Source: a bacterium (GTDB lineage Bacteria; UBA8248; JACPRG01; G963555815). Taken from it: a stretch of 64,000 nt of DNA. The notes beneath the pieces were generated by a model. That model was given only the letters and a program-made list of their open reading frames with translations, was not told the DNA's origin and made no database searches. The DNA lies in the NCBI GenBank assembly GCA_965261595.1, contig CBDHDG010000005.1:256001-320000 (forward strand). Direction: 5' to 3'. A program made the position numbers and the translations under genes. Of the stretch, positions 9,358 to 19,349 are shown piece after piece (the stretch's first letter is position 1; the number at the start of each line of letters is the position of its first letter).

Positions 9358-10569
9358 ATGACCCGCAACCCCCCCCCCAGTACATCGGTCCCCAGCCGAT
9401 TGTTCGGCCGCGATTACACCCTCACGGTCCTGGCGACCTTTTTCTTCATGCTGAATTTTACGACGTTTTACCTCCTGCCGCTGTTCATTCAGCAGATTGG
9501 AGGCAACGAGACCGACATCGGGTTTGTTTCCGGATCCGGGTGGATCATTTCTTTCATCTGCACGCCGCTTTCGGGTGTCCTGGTGGATCGCTGGGGCGCC
9601 AAACGTCTCCTGCTCGCCGGGGCCGCGCTTTTGGGAATCGGCGCGGCGGGATACCTGTTCGTCCAGCGGGTCGGACCGTTGATTTATTTCCTCCGGGCCC
9701 TCCAGGGCGTCGGACTGGCCGCGGGCCTGACGGCCGGATACACGCTCGTGGCCGAATTGAGCCCGGCTTCCCGCCGGGGGGAGTCCTATGGTTTCTATAT
9801 GGTTTTCACCCTCTCTCCGCACGCGATCGGGCCTTGGGCCGGGGAAGGCTTGGTTTCGATCAGCGGGTTTCCGGCGTTGTTCGGGGTGACGGCCGCGTAT
9901 GCGTTCCTGTCGGTCCTTCTGGGGGCGTTCATTCGGGGCCGCGCCGATGATCCCGACCCGGCCCCAAGCTCTTCCCTTCGGGCCTTGCTGGTCCGGCGCG
10001 ATCTCTGGCCTGTGATGGGGACGGTCCTGCTGACCGGATCGAGCTTCGGGGCGGTGCTGACGTTTGTCCCCACGTACCTCAAAAGCCGGGGCTTCGAGAC
10101 CATCGGCTTCTTTTTCATCACCTACACGGTGGTCGCGGTTCTCATCCGAATCTTTCTGACGGGACTTTCGGATCAGTGGGGGCGGCGGCGGATTCTCCTG
10201 CCGAACCTGCTGGGGATGGCGGTCGTTTTGGTTCTCCTGGCCTTGGCGCGGAATGTCTGGGGATTCGCGGCGGCGGCCTTTTTCTTCGGGACGAGCCAGG
10301 GATTTGTCATGCCGACGTTGGGCGCGCTGGTCATTGACCGGGCGAACCCATCGGACCGGGGAAGGACGATGGGCCTCTTCTCAGGTTTCTTTCATTTTGG
10401 GGTGTTCCTCAATTCAGCCGCGCTGGGCGGCGTCGCCGCGCGCTTTGGCTATCCCGTGGTGTATTGGATCGCGGCCGCCATGGCCCTGGTGGGGGTGGCC
10501 TTCTTCGCCCGCTTCGACCCGTCGAGATCCCCCGACCCGGACCGGCTTGGACCCGCCGCGGCGCCTTGA
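9358..10569 (+). CDS. MFS transporter
   Basis: About 12 hydrophobic segments; motif A GVLVDRWGAK and SDQWGRRR. Confidence 0.9.
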   Translation: MTRNPPPSTSVPSRLFGRDYTLTVLATFFFMLNFTTFYLLPLFIQQIGGNETDIGFVSGSGWIISFICTPLSGVLVDRWGAKRLLLAGAALLGIGAAGYLFVQRVGPLIYFLRALQGVGLAAGLTAGYTLVAELSPASRRGESYGFYMVFTLSPHAIGPWAGEGLVSISGFPALFGVTAAYAFLSVLLGAFIRGRADDPDPAPSSSLRALLVRRDLWPVMGTVLLTGSSFGAVLTFVPTYLKSRGFETIGFFFITYTVVAVLIRIFLTGLSDQWGRRRILLPNLLGMAVVLVLLALARNVWGFAAAAFFFGTSQGFVMPTLGALVIDRANPSDRGRTMGLFSGFFHFGVFLNSAALGGVAARFGYPVVYWIAAAMALVGVAFFARFDPSRSPDPDRLGPAAAP

Positions 10570-10700
10570 CGATGGGTCGCGTTTCGGCGGAGGATCGGGA
10601 AGACGCGCCGTAAGGTCATGGTCCGCTCAAGCCCGACTTCGAGGCGGCGGGGCGCCAGGTTTTTATCCGGCCGTCCAATCTCTTGCGGAAGGGATGAGGG

Positions 10701-11621
10701 TTGAAAATTCTCGTGACCGGCGGGGCCGGATTCATCGGGTCGCACGTTGTGGACGCCTACGTGGCTGAGGGCCATGAGGTCACGGTCGTGGATGCGCTCT
10801 TCCGGGAAAGCGAAGAAAACCTGAACCCGGGAGCGGCGTTCCACCGGGCGGACCTTTGCGACGCGGCCGCCCTGCGGGCCGTCTTCGAGCGCGAGCGGCC
10901 GGACCGGGTCAACCACCATGCCGCCCACGTGGACGTCCGGCGGGCGGTGGAAGACCCCGCGTACGATGCCCGGCAAAACGTCCTGGGGACGGTCAACCTC
11001 CTGGAGCTTTGTCGGGAGTACGGGGTCGGCAAGGTCATCTTCATATCGAGCGGGGGCGCGGCCTATGGAGAGCCGGAGTCGCTTCCGGTCCGGGAGGATC
11101 ACGCCGTCCGGCCCCTTTCGCCCTACGGGCTGTCCAAGTACGTCGGAGAGAAGTACGTCGAGCTTTACGCCCGTCTTCACGGCCTCGATTACACCATCCT
11201 ACGCTACCCCAACGTGTATGGTCCCCGGCAGGACCCCTCGGGAGAGGCCGGGGTGGTGGCTATCTTCTCCGAGCGTATCCGCGCGGGACGCCGCCCGACG
11301 ATTTTCGGCGATGGGACCAAGACCCGGGATTATGTCTTTGTGGGCGACCTCGTCCGGGCCAACCTCCTCGTCACCGGGGATGCCGGAAGCCGGGAGGCGT
11401 TCAACCTGGGGTGGGGCGAGGAGGTCACCGACCGGGAGGTCTTCGAGGCCGTGCGGGACGCCCTGGGGGCGGACGTGGAGCCCGTCTACGAAGAGCGGCG
11501 CCCCGGAGAGGTCGAGCGGATCTGCCTGGACGCCTCCAAGGCGGAAAGAGAGCTGGGCTGGCGTCCGGAGGTGTCCTTCCGGGAAGGGGTCCGCCGGACG
11601 GTTTCCGCGGGCGGGAAGTAG
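10701..11621 (+). CDS. NAD-dependent epimerase/dehydratase (UDP-glucose 4-epimerase-like)
   Basis: TGGAGFIGS, YGLSK, NVYGPRQ, RDYVFV motifs. Confidence 0.92.
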   Translation: MKILVTGGAGFIGSHVVDAYVAEGHEVTVVDALFRESEENLNPGAAFHRADLCDAAALRAVFERERPDRVNHHAAHVDVRRAVEDPAYDARQNVLGTVNLLELCREYGVGKVIFISSGGAAYGEPESLPVREDHAVRPLSPYGLSKYVGEKYVELYARLHGLDYTILRYPNVYGPRQDPSGEAGVVAIFSERIRAGRRPTIFGDGTKTRDYVFVGDLVRANLLVTGDAGSREAFNLGWGEEVTDREVFEAVRDALGADVEPVYEERRPGEVERICLDASKAERELGWRPEVSFREGVRRTVSAGGK

Positions 11622-11797
11622 CCGCGGCCGGCGATCTTGAACGAATGTCGCGGGGGGGGGAGGAGGGGAGGGGGGGGATTCACCATCCTTCGTATCCGGA
11701 CCGGTGGATGGGCGGCGCTGACCGAAAGAATCGAGCGAGGATGAGCCCCGACTTCAAAAGGGATGAAGATGAATCGAAGCAACCCGGAGGCCCGCTC

Positions 11798-12489
11798 ATG
11801 ATCCGCTTCAGAAAACAATCCCATTCACGGGGTCCGATAACCATCCCGCCCAGGCGCCTTCCGGCGGGTTATGCGGCCGTTCTTCTTCTCATCGGATTGA
11901 CGGCGGCATCCGCGCGCCGACGGCGGGAAGCCTCAACGTTCGGGGAAATGCGGTTTCCGCGAAAGGCAATTACGACGAGGCCATCAGGCTCTATCGAAAA
12001 TCCCTGGCGTTGAACCCCAGGCTGCCGGCGGTCAACGCGAACCTGGGATGGGCCTATCTCCATAAGAAAAACTACGACGAGGCGGTCGTCTATCTCAAAC
12101 GGGCCTTGTCATACAAGCCCGAGTACAAGCACGCGATGCGGGGGCTCGCCCGGGCCCTGTTCCGGAAAAAGGATTACAAAGAAGCGCTTCGCTATTTCCG
12201 GCGGATCGTCGAAGCCGATCCAGGCGCGGTCGGAGATTTGGATTATCTCGGCGGGTCCCACTTGAACATCGGAAACTACGATCCGGCCATTTCCGCTTAT
12301 CGAAGGGTCCTTTCCCGAAAGCCTCGTCACCAATCCGCCCTGAACGGCCTCGGTATCAGTCTCTACAGAAAGGGAAGCTATCCCGAAGCGCTCGGGCATT
12401 TCCAGAAGTTGCTCGCGATCAAACCGAAGACGCCCCAGGCGATCTTTCGGAAATTCTCGCCCTACGTCGTCCTCATCGAAACCCGGTAG
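11798..12489 (+). CDS. Exported TPR-repeat protein (frameshift ~11911-11916; possibly C-terminally truncated)
   Basis: Signal-like segment (YAAVLLLIGLTAASA) in one frame; TPR units (GNYDEAIRLYRKSLALNP, NLGWAYL, GLARALF, NGLGISL) in the next. Confidence 0.7.
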
Positions 12490-12705
12490 TATCGTGACTC
12501 GTAAATGGCTTTACATGACGAGACCGGAATTGTCCCTTCCGGCCGGGCAAGGGGTCAACCGACCCAAACGCCCGGCCTGCCGGTTGGTGAAAGGGCGGTG
12601 TTTTTTTAAGCAGGTAGGGCGGGCATCTTGCCCGCCTTTCGCTCAATGGTTCTCTGAGAGCCTTCTTTCCAATTCGTGAAGGGTCAACTTGTCTTCGAGA
12701 CACTA
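12487..12705. mobile_element. MITE-like element with TAGT(A/G)TC ends containing a GTAG REP (12614-12636)
   Basis: Left end matches 7839-7866 at 21/28 positions. Right end reverse complement reads TAGTGTCTCG...CTTCACGAATT. Internal GTAGGGCGGGCATCTTGCCCGCC. Confidence 0.45.
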
Positions 12706-12780
12706 CGGCAGGCTGTATTGTCGGGGATGCGGTGCGCCCCGCCCCGCTCCGGGGCGATGGGCCGGCGTCCGAGGGCGGAT

Positions 12781-13896
12781 TCAGGCCCCGAGCGTCTTCG
12801 CGATCACCCCGGCGATCCGCCGGACCTGCTCTTCTTCGAGCTCCGGGTACATGGGAAGCGAGAGGACCTCCGCGGCCGCGCGCTCCGACTCGGGGAAGTC
12901 GCCCGGCCGGCCTCCCTGGTCCTCGAGGGCGGGTTGAAGGTGAAGGGGCGGGGTGTAATGGAGACCCGTTTCGATGCCTTCGCGCGTGAGCGCCTCGCGG
13001 AGGCGGTCACGCGCGGGCGTTCGTATCACGTAGAGGTGATAGACGCACCGCCGTCCTTCGGGCGCCGCGGGGAGGACGAGGGGCAGGCCTTCGAGGGCCT
13101 CGCGATACCACCGGGCCGCCCGCCGGCGCTCCTCCGTCCACGCCTCCAGGTGTTTCAGCTTCACCGCCAGGACGGCGGCCTGGAGGGCGTCCAGGCGGTC
13201 GTTGGTCCCGATCTCTCCGTGGAGGTATTTCGCGCTCCGGCCGTGGTTGCTGGTCTTGCGCATCCGGTCCGCCGCTTCTTCGTTTCCCGTGACGACGGCG
13301 CCGGCGTCTCCGACCGCGCCCAGGTTTTTGCTGGGAAAGAAGCTGAAGCATCCCGCGTCTCCCAGGGATCCCGCGCGTTTTCCGAGAACCTCCGCCCCGT
13401 GGGCCTGGGCGGCGTCCTCGATGACGAGCAGGTCCTCGCGCTTGGCGATCTCCAAAATGGCGGGCATGTCGGCGGGCAGGCCGAACAGGTGAACCGGCAT
13501 CACGGCCCGGGTCGCGGGGGTCAGGGCGTTTTGGATCCCTTCGGGATCGATGCACATCGTCTCGGGATCGATATCCACGAAGACAGGCTTCGCCCCCACG
13601 TGCCGGATAGAAGCCGCCGTGGCGATGAAGGTGAAGACCGGCGTCACGACTTCGTCGCCGGGTCCGACGCCCAGGCACCGAAGGGCGTGGATGAGCGCCG
13701 CGGTTCCCGACGAGACGCCCACACAGAACGGGGCGCCGCAGAATTGAGCGAAGCGCGTTTCAAAGTCAAGAACGGCCGGACCGCCGATATAGCGTCCGGA
13801 GGGGAGAACGGCGTGGACGGCTTCTTCGATCTCCCCCTGAATCCTTCGGTATTGGGCTTGAACGTCACACAGCGGAATGGCTTCCGGCGAGATCAC
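12781..13896 (-). CDS. DegT/DnrJ/EryC1/StrS family PLP-dependent aminotransferase
   Basis: SSGTAAL, PVHLFG, EDAAQAHG, SFFPSKNLGAVGDAG, LSLPMYP. Confidence 0.95.
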   Translation of the reverse strand: MISPEAIPLCDVQAQYRRIQGEIEEAVHAVLPSGRYIGGPAVLDFETRFAQFCGAPFCVGVSSGTAALIHALRCLGVGPGDEVVTPVFTFIATAASIRHVGAKPVFVDIDPETMCIDPEGIQNALTPATRAVMPVHLFGLPADMPAILEIAKREDLLVIEDAAQAHGAEVLGKRAGSLGDAGCFSFFPSKNLGAVGDAGAVVTGNEEAADRMRKTSNHGRSAKYLHGEIGTNDRLDALQAAVLAVKLKHLEAWTEERRRAARWYREALEGLPLVLPAAPEGRRCVYHLYVIRTPARDRLREALTREGIETGLHYTPPLHLQPALEDQGGRPGDFPESERAAAEVLSLPMYPELEEEQVRRIAGVIAKTLGA

Positions 13897-14083
13897 GGCT
13901 GAATCTCCCGGGAAGAATGAGGAAGGGGCGGGGTTGACGAACCGGTTTGATCCTCCTGTTCCGGATATCCCCCCGGAACCGTCGAGGCGCTCGTTTGTTT
14001 CAAGGCGGGGGACATGGAAGGAGACCCGGGAACGAGAAGGCCGCGCAAGGTTTTCGCGAAGGGCAAGACAACGGGCGGACGGA

Positions 14084-15346
14084 CTAAAAGCGAACCCCCA
14101 ACCCGCCCAAGTACATGAACGGTCCGAGGTTCAATGAGTCGTCACTGGTGTTGGTGTTCGTACCGAGCTTGGCGTAAAAGCCGCGGAACTCGCCCAACAG
14201 AAAGACCCTCGAGCTGATGTTGAACGCGACGCCGCCAACCCCGTGGTAGCCCACGGTGGCAAAATTCCGATCTTCATTGGCCTGAATGGCGACCTGCGGG
14301 ACGCTGTTGGTCAGCTTCACCTCGCGATTGAGGACGTACCACCCGACCCCGAGGCCCGCGTAGAAGTCGAACCGCTTGATCGGCCAATGCGCTTTCGCGG
14401 TGACGAGGCCGTAGAAGGTCTTGAATTTCACATCCCCGTCGAGCAGGATCCCCGTGGTGGTCGTCTTGTTGAGATTGGTTTGCTGGCCGCCGAAGTATCC
14501 GAATGATCCGGAGAAGCTGAAGTGCTTGTAGAACCGGTAGGACGCCTCGCCCTCGTAAGCGACGGAGTTGAAATCCTTCGCGTCGAAGGCGCCGATGGCG
14601 GCTGTCGAGTCGAAATATTCGCTGCCGACTCGCCGATCCACATAGCCGCCCTTGACGGCGAGGGAAAGGCCGATCAGGTCCGCGCCTGGGGCGGGGCGGA
14701 CCTGGAGGATCTGCCGGCGGAATAACCGCAAGGACCGCTGTTCCCCGGGATCTTTGTACTGGGCCAGCGCGCGGTCCACCGAACGCAGGGCGTCATCCCA
14801 TTTGGCCTGCTGGTATTGGGCGAGGGCCAAGTTGGAGAGTGCCCGCAATTTCGGGTTCGAGACCCTCCGGAAGATTTTTTCGGCCTCCGCGAACTGGTTC
14901 TGCATCAGCAGGATCACCCCCCGGTTCAGGATGGCGTCCTGGAAGTCGGGTCGAAGGCGCAGGGCGGTTTGAACGGACTCCAGGGCTTGTTTCATCTTTC
15001 GCCGCCGGATGAGGGCGCTTCCGAGGTTGTTGTGATAAATCGCTTCGCCGGGATCCAGCTTCGACGCGGTTGTGAACTCCCGCGAAGCCCGGGCCAGCCT
15101 GCCCTGGAAATAATAAGCGGTCCCCAGATCGGAATGAATGGCGGCCGAGTCGGGTATGGCCTGGACCGCCCGCTCCATGAGCCGGACCGCCCGAGCGAGT
15201 TTGCCCGCCTTCAGGGCGTCGAAACCATCGAAGTATTCTTTCGGGAAGAGCTCGGAGACGGCCGGCCGCGCCGGAATCAGGGTCAGCAACAGAAGAAGCG
15301 CAAGAATGCCTCCGGCCAAACTCCGCCGCGCCAATCCAATTCGCAT
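14084..15346 (-). CDS. TPR-repeat protein fused to C-terminal outer-membrane beta-barrel
   Basis: Signal peptide, several TPR units, then amphipathic strands (FYAGLGVGWY, GYHGVGGVAF) ending YLGGLGVRF. Confidence 0.7.
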   Translation of the reverse strand: MRIGLARRSLAGGILALLLLLTLIPARPAVSELFPKEYFDGFDALKAGKLARAVRLMERAVQAIPDSAAIHSDLGTAYYFQGRLARASREFTTASKLDPGEAIYHNNLGSALIRRRKMKQALESVQTALRLRPDFQDAILNRGVILLMQNQFAEAEKIFRRVSNPKLRALSNLALAQYQQAKWDDALRSVDRALAQYKDPGEQRSLRLFRRQILQVRPAPGADLIGLSLAVKGGYVDRRVGSEYFDSTAAIGAFDAKDFNSVAYEGEASYRFYKHFSFSGSFGYFGGQQTNLNKTTTTGILLDGDVKFKTFYGLVTAKAHWPIKRFDFYAGLGVGWYVLNREVKLTNSVPQVAIQANEDRNFATVGYHGVGGVAFNISSRVFLLGEFRGFYAKLGTNTNTSDDSLNLGPFMYLGGLGVRF

Positions 15347-15611
15347 TCCACTTCCTCTGGTTGAAGGAATCAGGGTCGAATTCCTTGATGTTCTATGCAA
15401 CACCACCCATTTGGATAATATATCTGGATTTCACCTAATTTCAAGGCAATTATTCATAATCCTATGAGACTGAACGGCTTGCCGGATTAAGCGGTTTAGT
15501 TTTCCGGGCTGCGAACCTGCAATCCGTGTGATGACAACCCCTTCCCGTGGCGTCTCCGGGGGGGGGCAAACGGCCGTTGCGGGCCTCCCGGGATTTTTCT
15601 CTGTCCGGCCC

Positions 15612-16355
15612 TTAAATCAACAGCAGCTTCAAGGAGCCCGTGAGGGCGATGATCAGAATGACCGAATTGAACACGCGGTTGGAAACCGCCTTGTGGGCTT
15701 GGTAACCCAGATAGGCCCCGATCGCGAGGAGGGGGACGGTGTAAGCGGCCCACAGAATGATCTGCGGGTCGGTGATGTCCGCATACAGGTACGTCCCCAG
15801 CTTGAAGACGTTCGTAATGCCGAACAAGCCGAACCCCGTTGCGACCACGGCCCCCTTCTTGAGTCCGCTGGAGATGAAATAGGGCGTCGTAATCACCCCG
15901 CCCGAATGCGCCGCCGTCGTGCTGAATCCCGCCAGCATCCCGACCAGGTGTCCGGCGGTTCGGGTCGGCGGGACATAGGTGATTTCGGACCGTCGAATCA
16001 GCTTGATGATGTGGTAGAGGGAATAGAAGAACGCGAAACCGCCGATCATGCGGCGGATGCCGGCGTCGGAGAGGTAGGACAGCAGCGCCGTCCCCACAAT
16101 GGTTCCGACCACCATGCTGGGGAGGAGGGCCAGGACGAACTTGCCGTCCCATTTCTTCCAGAAGAAGTAAACCACCAGCAGGTCGCCCAGGACCATCAGC
16201 GGGGCGATGATCCCCATCGCCATCCTGGCCGAGACCAACAGCGTCAGGATGGGGGCGATGACCATCCCGATGCCGCCGCCGAAGCTGGTTTTGAAGAACC
16301 CCGTCAGAAAGCTCGCCAGCACGAACGCCAGCAGGGTGTCGAAGGTTGCTTCCAT
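15612..16355 (-). CDS. TSUP (TauE/SafE) family membrane transporter
   Basis: GFFKTSFGGGIG, AGFSTTAAHSGG motifs; multi-TM. Confidence 0.88.
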   Translation of the reverse strand: MEATFDTLLAFVLASFLTGFFKTSFGGGIGMVIAPILTLLVSARMAMGIIAPLMVLGDLLVVYFFWKKWDGKFVLALLPSMVVGTIVGTALLSYLSDAGIRRMIGGFAFFYSLYHIIKLIRRSEITYVPPTRTAGHLVGMLAGFSTTAAHSGGVITTPYFISSGLKKGAVVATGFGLFGITNVFKLGTYLYADITDPQIILWAAYTVPLLAIGAYLGYQAHKAVSNRVFNSVILIIALTGSLKLLLI

Positions 16356-16385
16356 CTTGGAACCGGTCCGTCCTGTTTTGAGCGA

Positions 16386-17126
16386 TCAGAAAAAAAGCTT
16401 GAGCGCCCCCCCCACGGCCAGCGCGAGGGCGACGCGGTTGAACATCTCGCGGGAGACCGTCCGGTTCACCCACCGTCCGATGAACCCGCCCAGGACCGCG
16501 ATCGGGAGCACGGTGATCGTCCACCGGATGATCTCCCAGTTCACCATCCCGACCCCCACATAGGAGCCCAGCTTGATCCAGTTGCAGACCGCGAAGAGCG
16601 CGAAGTTCGTGGCCACGACACCCTCTTTGGAAAGCCCGCTGGCGACGAAATAGGGTACGGTGATGACGCCGCCGGAATGCGCGGCCGAAGAGCTGAACCC
16701 CCCGAGAAATCCCATCAATGCCCCGAATCCTTTTTTGGGCGGCACGTAAATGGGCGCCCCCCGGCGGTACAGGGTCAGGAGTTGAAAACCCGTGAACACC
16801 AGCACCAGGACGCCGATGGCTATCCGCGCCTGCTGGTTCGACAGCCGGCTCACGAGCAGCGTCCCCAAAACGACGCCGACCGCCATGGTCGGCAGCATCA
16901 CGAAGAAGAACTTGGAGTCCCACTTCCGCCACAGAAAGTAGACCACGGCCAGATCCCCGATGATCATCATGGGCGACAGGATTCCCAGGACGTATCGCGG
17001 GGCCAGATAGATGCTCAGGATCGGCGTCAAGATCAACCCGACGCCCGTGCCGAAGCTGGTCTTGGACAGGCCGACGGCGAACGCGGAGATGGCGAAGGCG
17101 GAAAATTCGACCCAGGTGATGCTCAT
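16386..17126 (-). CDS. TSUP (TauE/SafE) family membrane transporter, paralog
   Basis: Start MSITWVEF at 17126; GLSKTSFGTGVG, GGFSSSAAHSGG; ATGA overlap with the upstream gene. Confidence 0.88.
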   Translation of the reverse strand: MSITWVEFSAFAISAFAVGLSKTSFGTGVGLILTPILSIYLAPRYVLGILSPMMIIGDLAVVYFLWRKWDSKFFFVMLPTMAVGVVLGTLLVSRLSNQQARIAIGVLVLVFTGFQLLTLYRRGAPIYVPPKKGFGALMGFLGGFSSSAAHSGGVITVPYFVASGLSKEGVVATNFALFAVCNWIKLGSYVGVGMVNWEIIRWTITVLPIAVLGGFIGRWVNRTVSREMFNRVALALAVGGALKLFF

Positions 17127-18487
17127 ATTCTCGACAGCCCGTCCAAGAGGAGTCCGGCGGTCTGGATGCCCCGGTGGACGCACTCCAGCGGCATACGCTC
17201 GTTGGGAGAATGCGTGCGATCGTCGTGTCCGCCGAACGGGACCAGGAGGCTGTCCAGGCCGAGGACGTCCTGAATGGCGCCCACGACGGGAATCGTGCCT
17301 CCCTCCCGGACGAGGACCGGGGCGCGCCCGAACCCTTTCTCCAAAGCGGCGCTCGCGGCCTCGACCCCTTTGCTCTTGGCATCCACCAGAACGGCCCGGC
17401 TCCCCCAGTGCCGGGAGATTTCGACCCGGACGGTGTTGGGCAGGCGCTCCCGAATCGTCGCCTCGATAAGATCGTTGATTCGGTCCGGATCCTGGCGGGG
17501 CACGAGGCGCATGCTCACCTTCGCGGCCGCCCGCGAGGGGATGATGGTCTTGGCCCCGGGCCCCTGATAGCCGCCGTAAATCCCGTTGATGTCCAGCGTG
17601 GGCCGCCCCCACCGGCGCTCCAGCGTGGAGAATCCCTTCTCCCCGAACAGGGCCGGCGCGCCGATGCTTCGCTGATACTCGGCCTCGTCGAAGGGCAGGG
17701 CCGCGAAGGCCGCGCGCTCCCAGTCCTCCAGGGGGAGGACATCGTCGTAAAACCCCGGAACCGTCACGATTCCGTTCTCGTCCTGTAAAGTGGCCAGCAC
17801 CCGGACGAGGATGTTCGCCGGGTTGTCCACCGAGCCGCCGTACCCTCCCGAATGCAGGTCGTGATCGGGGCCCGTGAGAACGACTTCCAGATAGGAGAGT
17901 CCCCGAAGGCCGTACATGAGGGCGGGGACGCCTTCGGCGAACATCGAGGTGTCGGACACAACGGCGTAATCCGCCTTGAGCATTTCGGCGTTTGCACGCA
18001 TGAACCCTTCGAGGTTCGGGCTGCCGATTTCCTCTTCCCCTTCGATCATGAACTTCACGTTGAGCGGCAGCCGGCCCCGGACCCGGTGGAAGGTCTCCAC
18101 CGCCTTCAGGTGGCAGAAGTTTTGGCCCTTGTTGTCGTGTGCGCCTCGGGCGAAGACGTACCCGTCCCGGACGATCGGCTCGAAGGGGTCCGTCTCCCAG
18201 AGGTCGATGGGGTCGGGAGGCTGGACGTCGTAGTGGCCGTAGATGAGGACCGTCGGCAGGGCGGGGTCCTCTATCCGCTCCGCAAAGACGACGGGGTGGC
18301 GCGCGGTCGGGTGGATCTCGGCCGTGAATCCCGCCGCGCGCAGCAGTCCGGCCACGTACTCCGCGCAACGCCCGACCTCCCCGGCGAATTCCGGGTCGGT
18401 GCTCACGCTGGGGAAGCGGAGATAGGCCTTCAGCTCCTCCAGCGAGGCGTCTCGCTGAGATTCGATGGCGTCGAGGATGTCTTGCAT
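17123..18487 (-). CDS. M20/M25/M40 family metallo-dipeptidase
   Basis: YGHYDVQP, RGAHDNKGQ, EGEEEIGS, HDLHSG, HSPNE motifs. Confidence 0.92.
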   Translation of the reverse strand: MQDILDAIESQRDASLEELKAYLRFPSVSTDPEFAGEVGRCAEYVAGLLRAAGFTAEIHPTARHPVVFAERIEDPALPTVLIYGHYDVQPPDPIDLWETDPFEPIVRDGYVFARGAHDNKGQNFCHLKAVETFHRVRGRLPLNVKFMIEGEEEIGSPNLEGFMRANAEMLKADYAVVSDTSMFAEGVPALMYGLRGLSYLEVVLTGPDHDLHSGGYGGSVDNPANILVRVLATLQDENGIVTVPGFYDDVLPLEDWERAAFAALPFDEAEYQRSIGAPALFGEKGFSTLERRWGRPTLDINGIYGGYQGPGAKTIIPSRAAAKVSMRLVPRQDPDRINDLIEATIRERLPNTVRVEISRHWGSRAVLVDAKSKGVEAASAALEKGFGRAPVLVREGGTIPVVGAIQDVLGLDSLLVPFGGHDDRTHSPNERMPLECVHRGIQTAGLLLDGLSRI

Positions 18488-18645
18488 GAATCGGGTCTCC
18501 AAAGAATTCCGGGGATTGCCGGACAAACGAGAACCGTGGAATTATACGCGGATGGCGGCGTCGGCGTCACGATGGGCCGCGAGGGGCGGGGGTTTGAGGC
18601 TGAGGCCCTCCCATGTAAGGATTCTTATCGTTTCGAGGGGGAATC

Positions 18646-18975
18646 ATGGTCATCGCGGGGAAATCCATTTCCTTATTCCTGTTGGCGGGACTCCTGGAGA
18701 TCGGCGGGGGCTATCTCGTCTGGCAATGGTGGAGGAACGGAGCCCATTGGGGAATGGGGGCGCTGGGGGCGCTGACCCTGATCCTTTACGGAATCGTCCC
18801 GACCTATCAGCCCGCTCACTTCGGCCGTGTGTACGCGGCTTATGGAGGATGGTTTGTGGTCCTCTCGATCTTGTGGGGTTGGGGCGTGGATCATATCCCG
18901 CCGGACCGCTATGATCTCATCGGGGGCGCCGTCTGTCTGATGGGCATCGCCGTCATCATGCACTGGCCCCGGTAG
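18646..18975 (+). CDS. ynfA: YnfA/UPF0060 family membrane protein
   Basis: [31 protein letters not shown] motifs. Confidence 0.92.
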   Translation: MVIAGKSISLFLLAGLLEIGGGYLVWQWWRNGAHWGMGALGALTLILYGIVPTYQPAHFGRVYAAYGGWFVVLSILWGWGVDHIPPDRYDLIGGAVCLMGIAVIMHWPR

Positions 18976-19246
18976 TCAGGATTTCACACAAGGAAGGACG
19001 GTTCAGCGGTTTCGATTCAAGAAATTCTTTGAAGATCCACCGATTGGCCGGGAGATGGAAACCCAGGCGACTGGAACACCCTGTCCTTCAGGGGGACGGG
19101 TGCGGAGCCCCGCCCCTACATCGGATTTGGTGGTAGGGGGTCTGAAATGTAGGGGCGGGGCTCCGTACCCGCCCCGATGCGTTGGCCAACAATCCAATGG
19201 CCGATCTTGCACGGGCCTGTAACGGAATCGTTGTGAGAAATGCAGG
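18976..19246. mobile_element. MITE-like element (imperfect 16-bp TIRs) carrying a GTAG REP doublet (19092-19175)
   Basis: TCAGGATTTCACACAA / TTGTGAGAAATGCAGG ends (12/16 complementary). Internal TGTAGGGGCGGGGCTCCGTACCCGCCCC is identical to 7223-7250. Confidence 0.6.
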
Positions 19247-19349
19247 CTTATCAAGGGAGAACACGAGGTCTTCAGGGGGGGAGGGGGGGAGGGGGAGCGC
19301 GCGTCATCCTCGGCCCGGGACTCCTCCTTCTCAAGAAAGGATCTGAGCG

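Noticed and set aside
12490..12610. ZTP or c-di-GMP riboswitch
   Set aside because: Only fragmentary motif similarity; it lies between convergent genes and is better explained as a MITE-like element.
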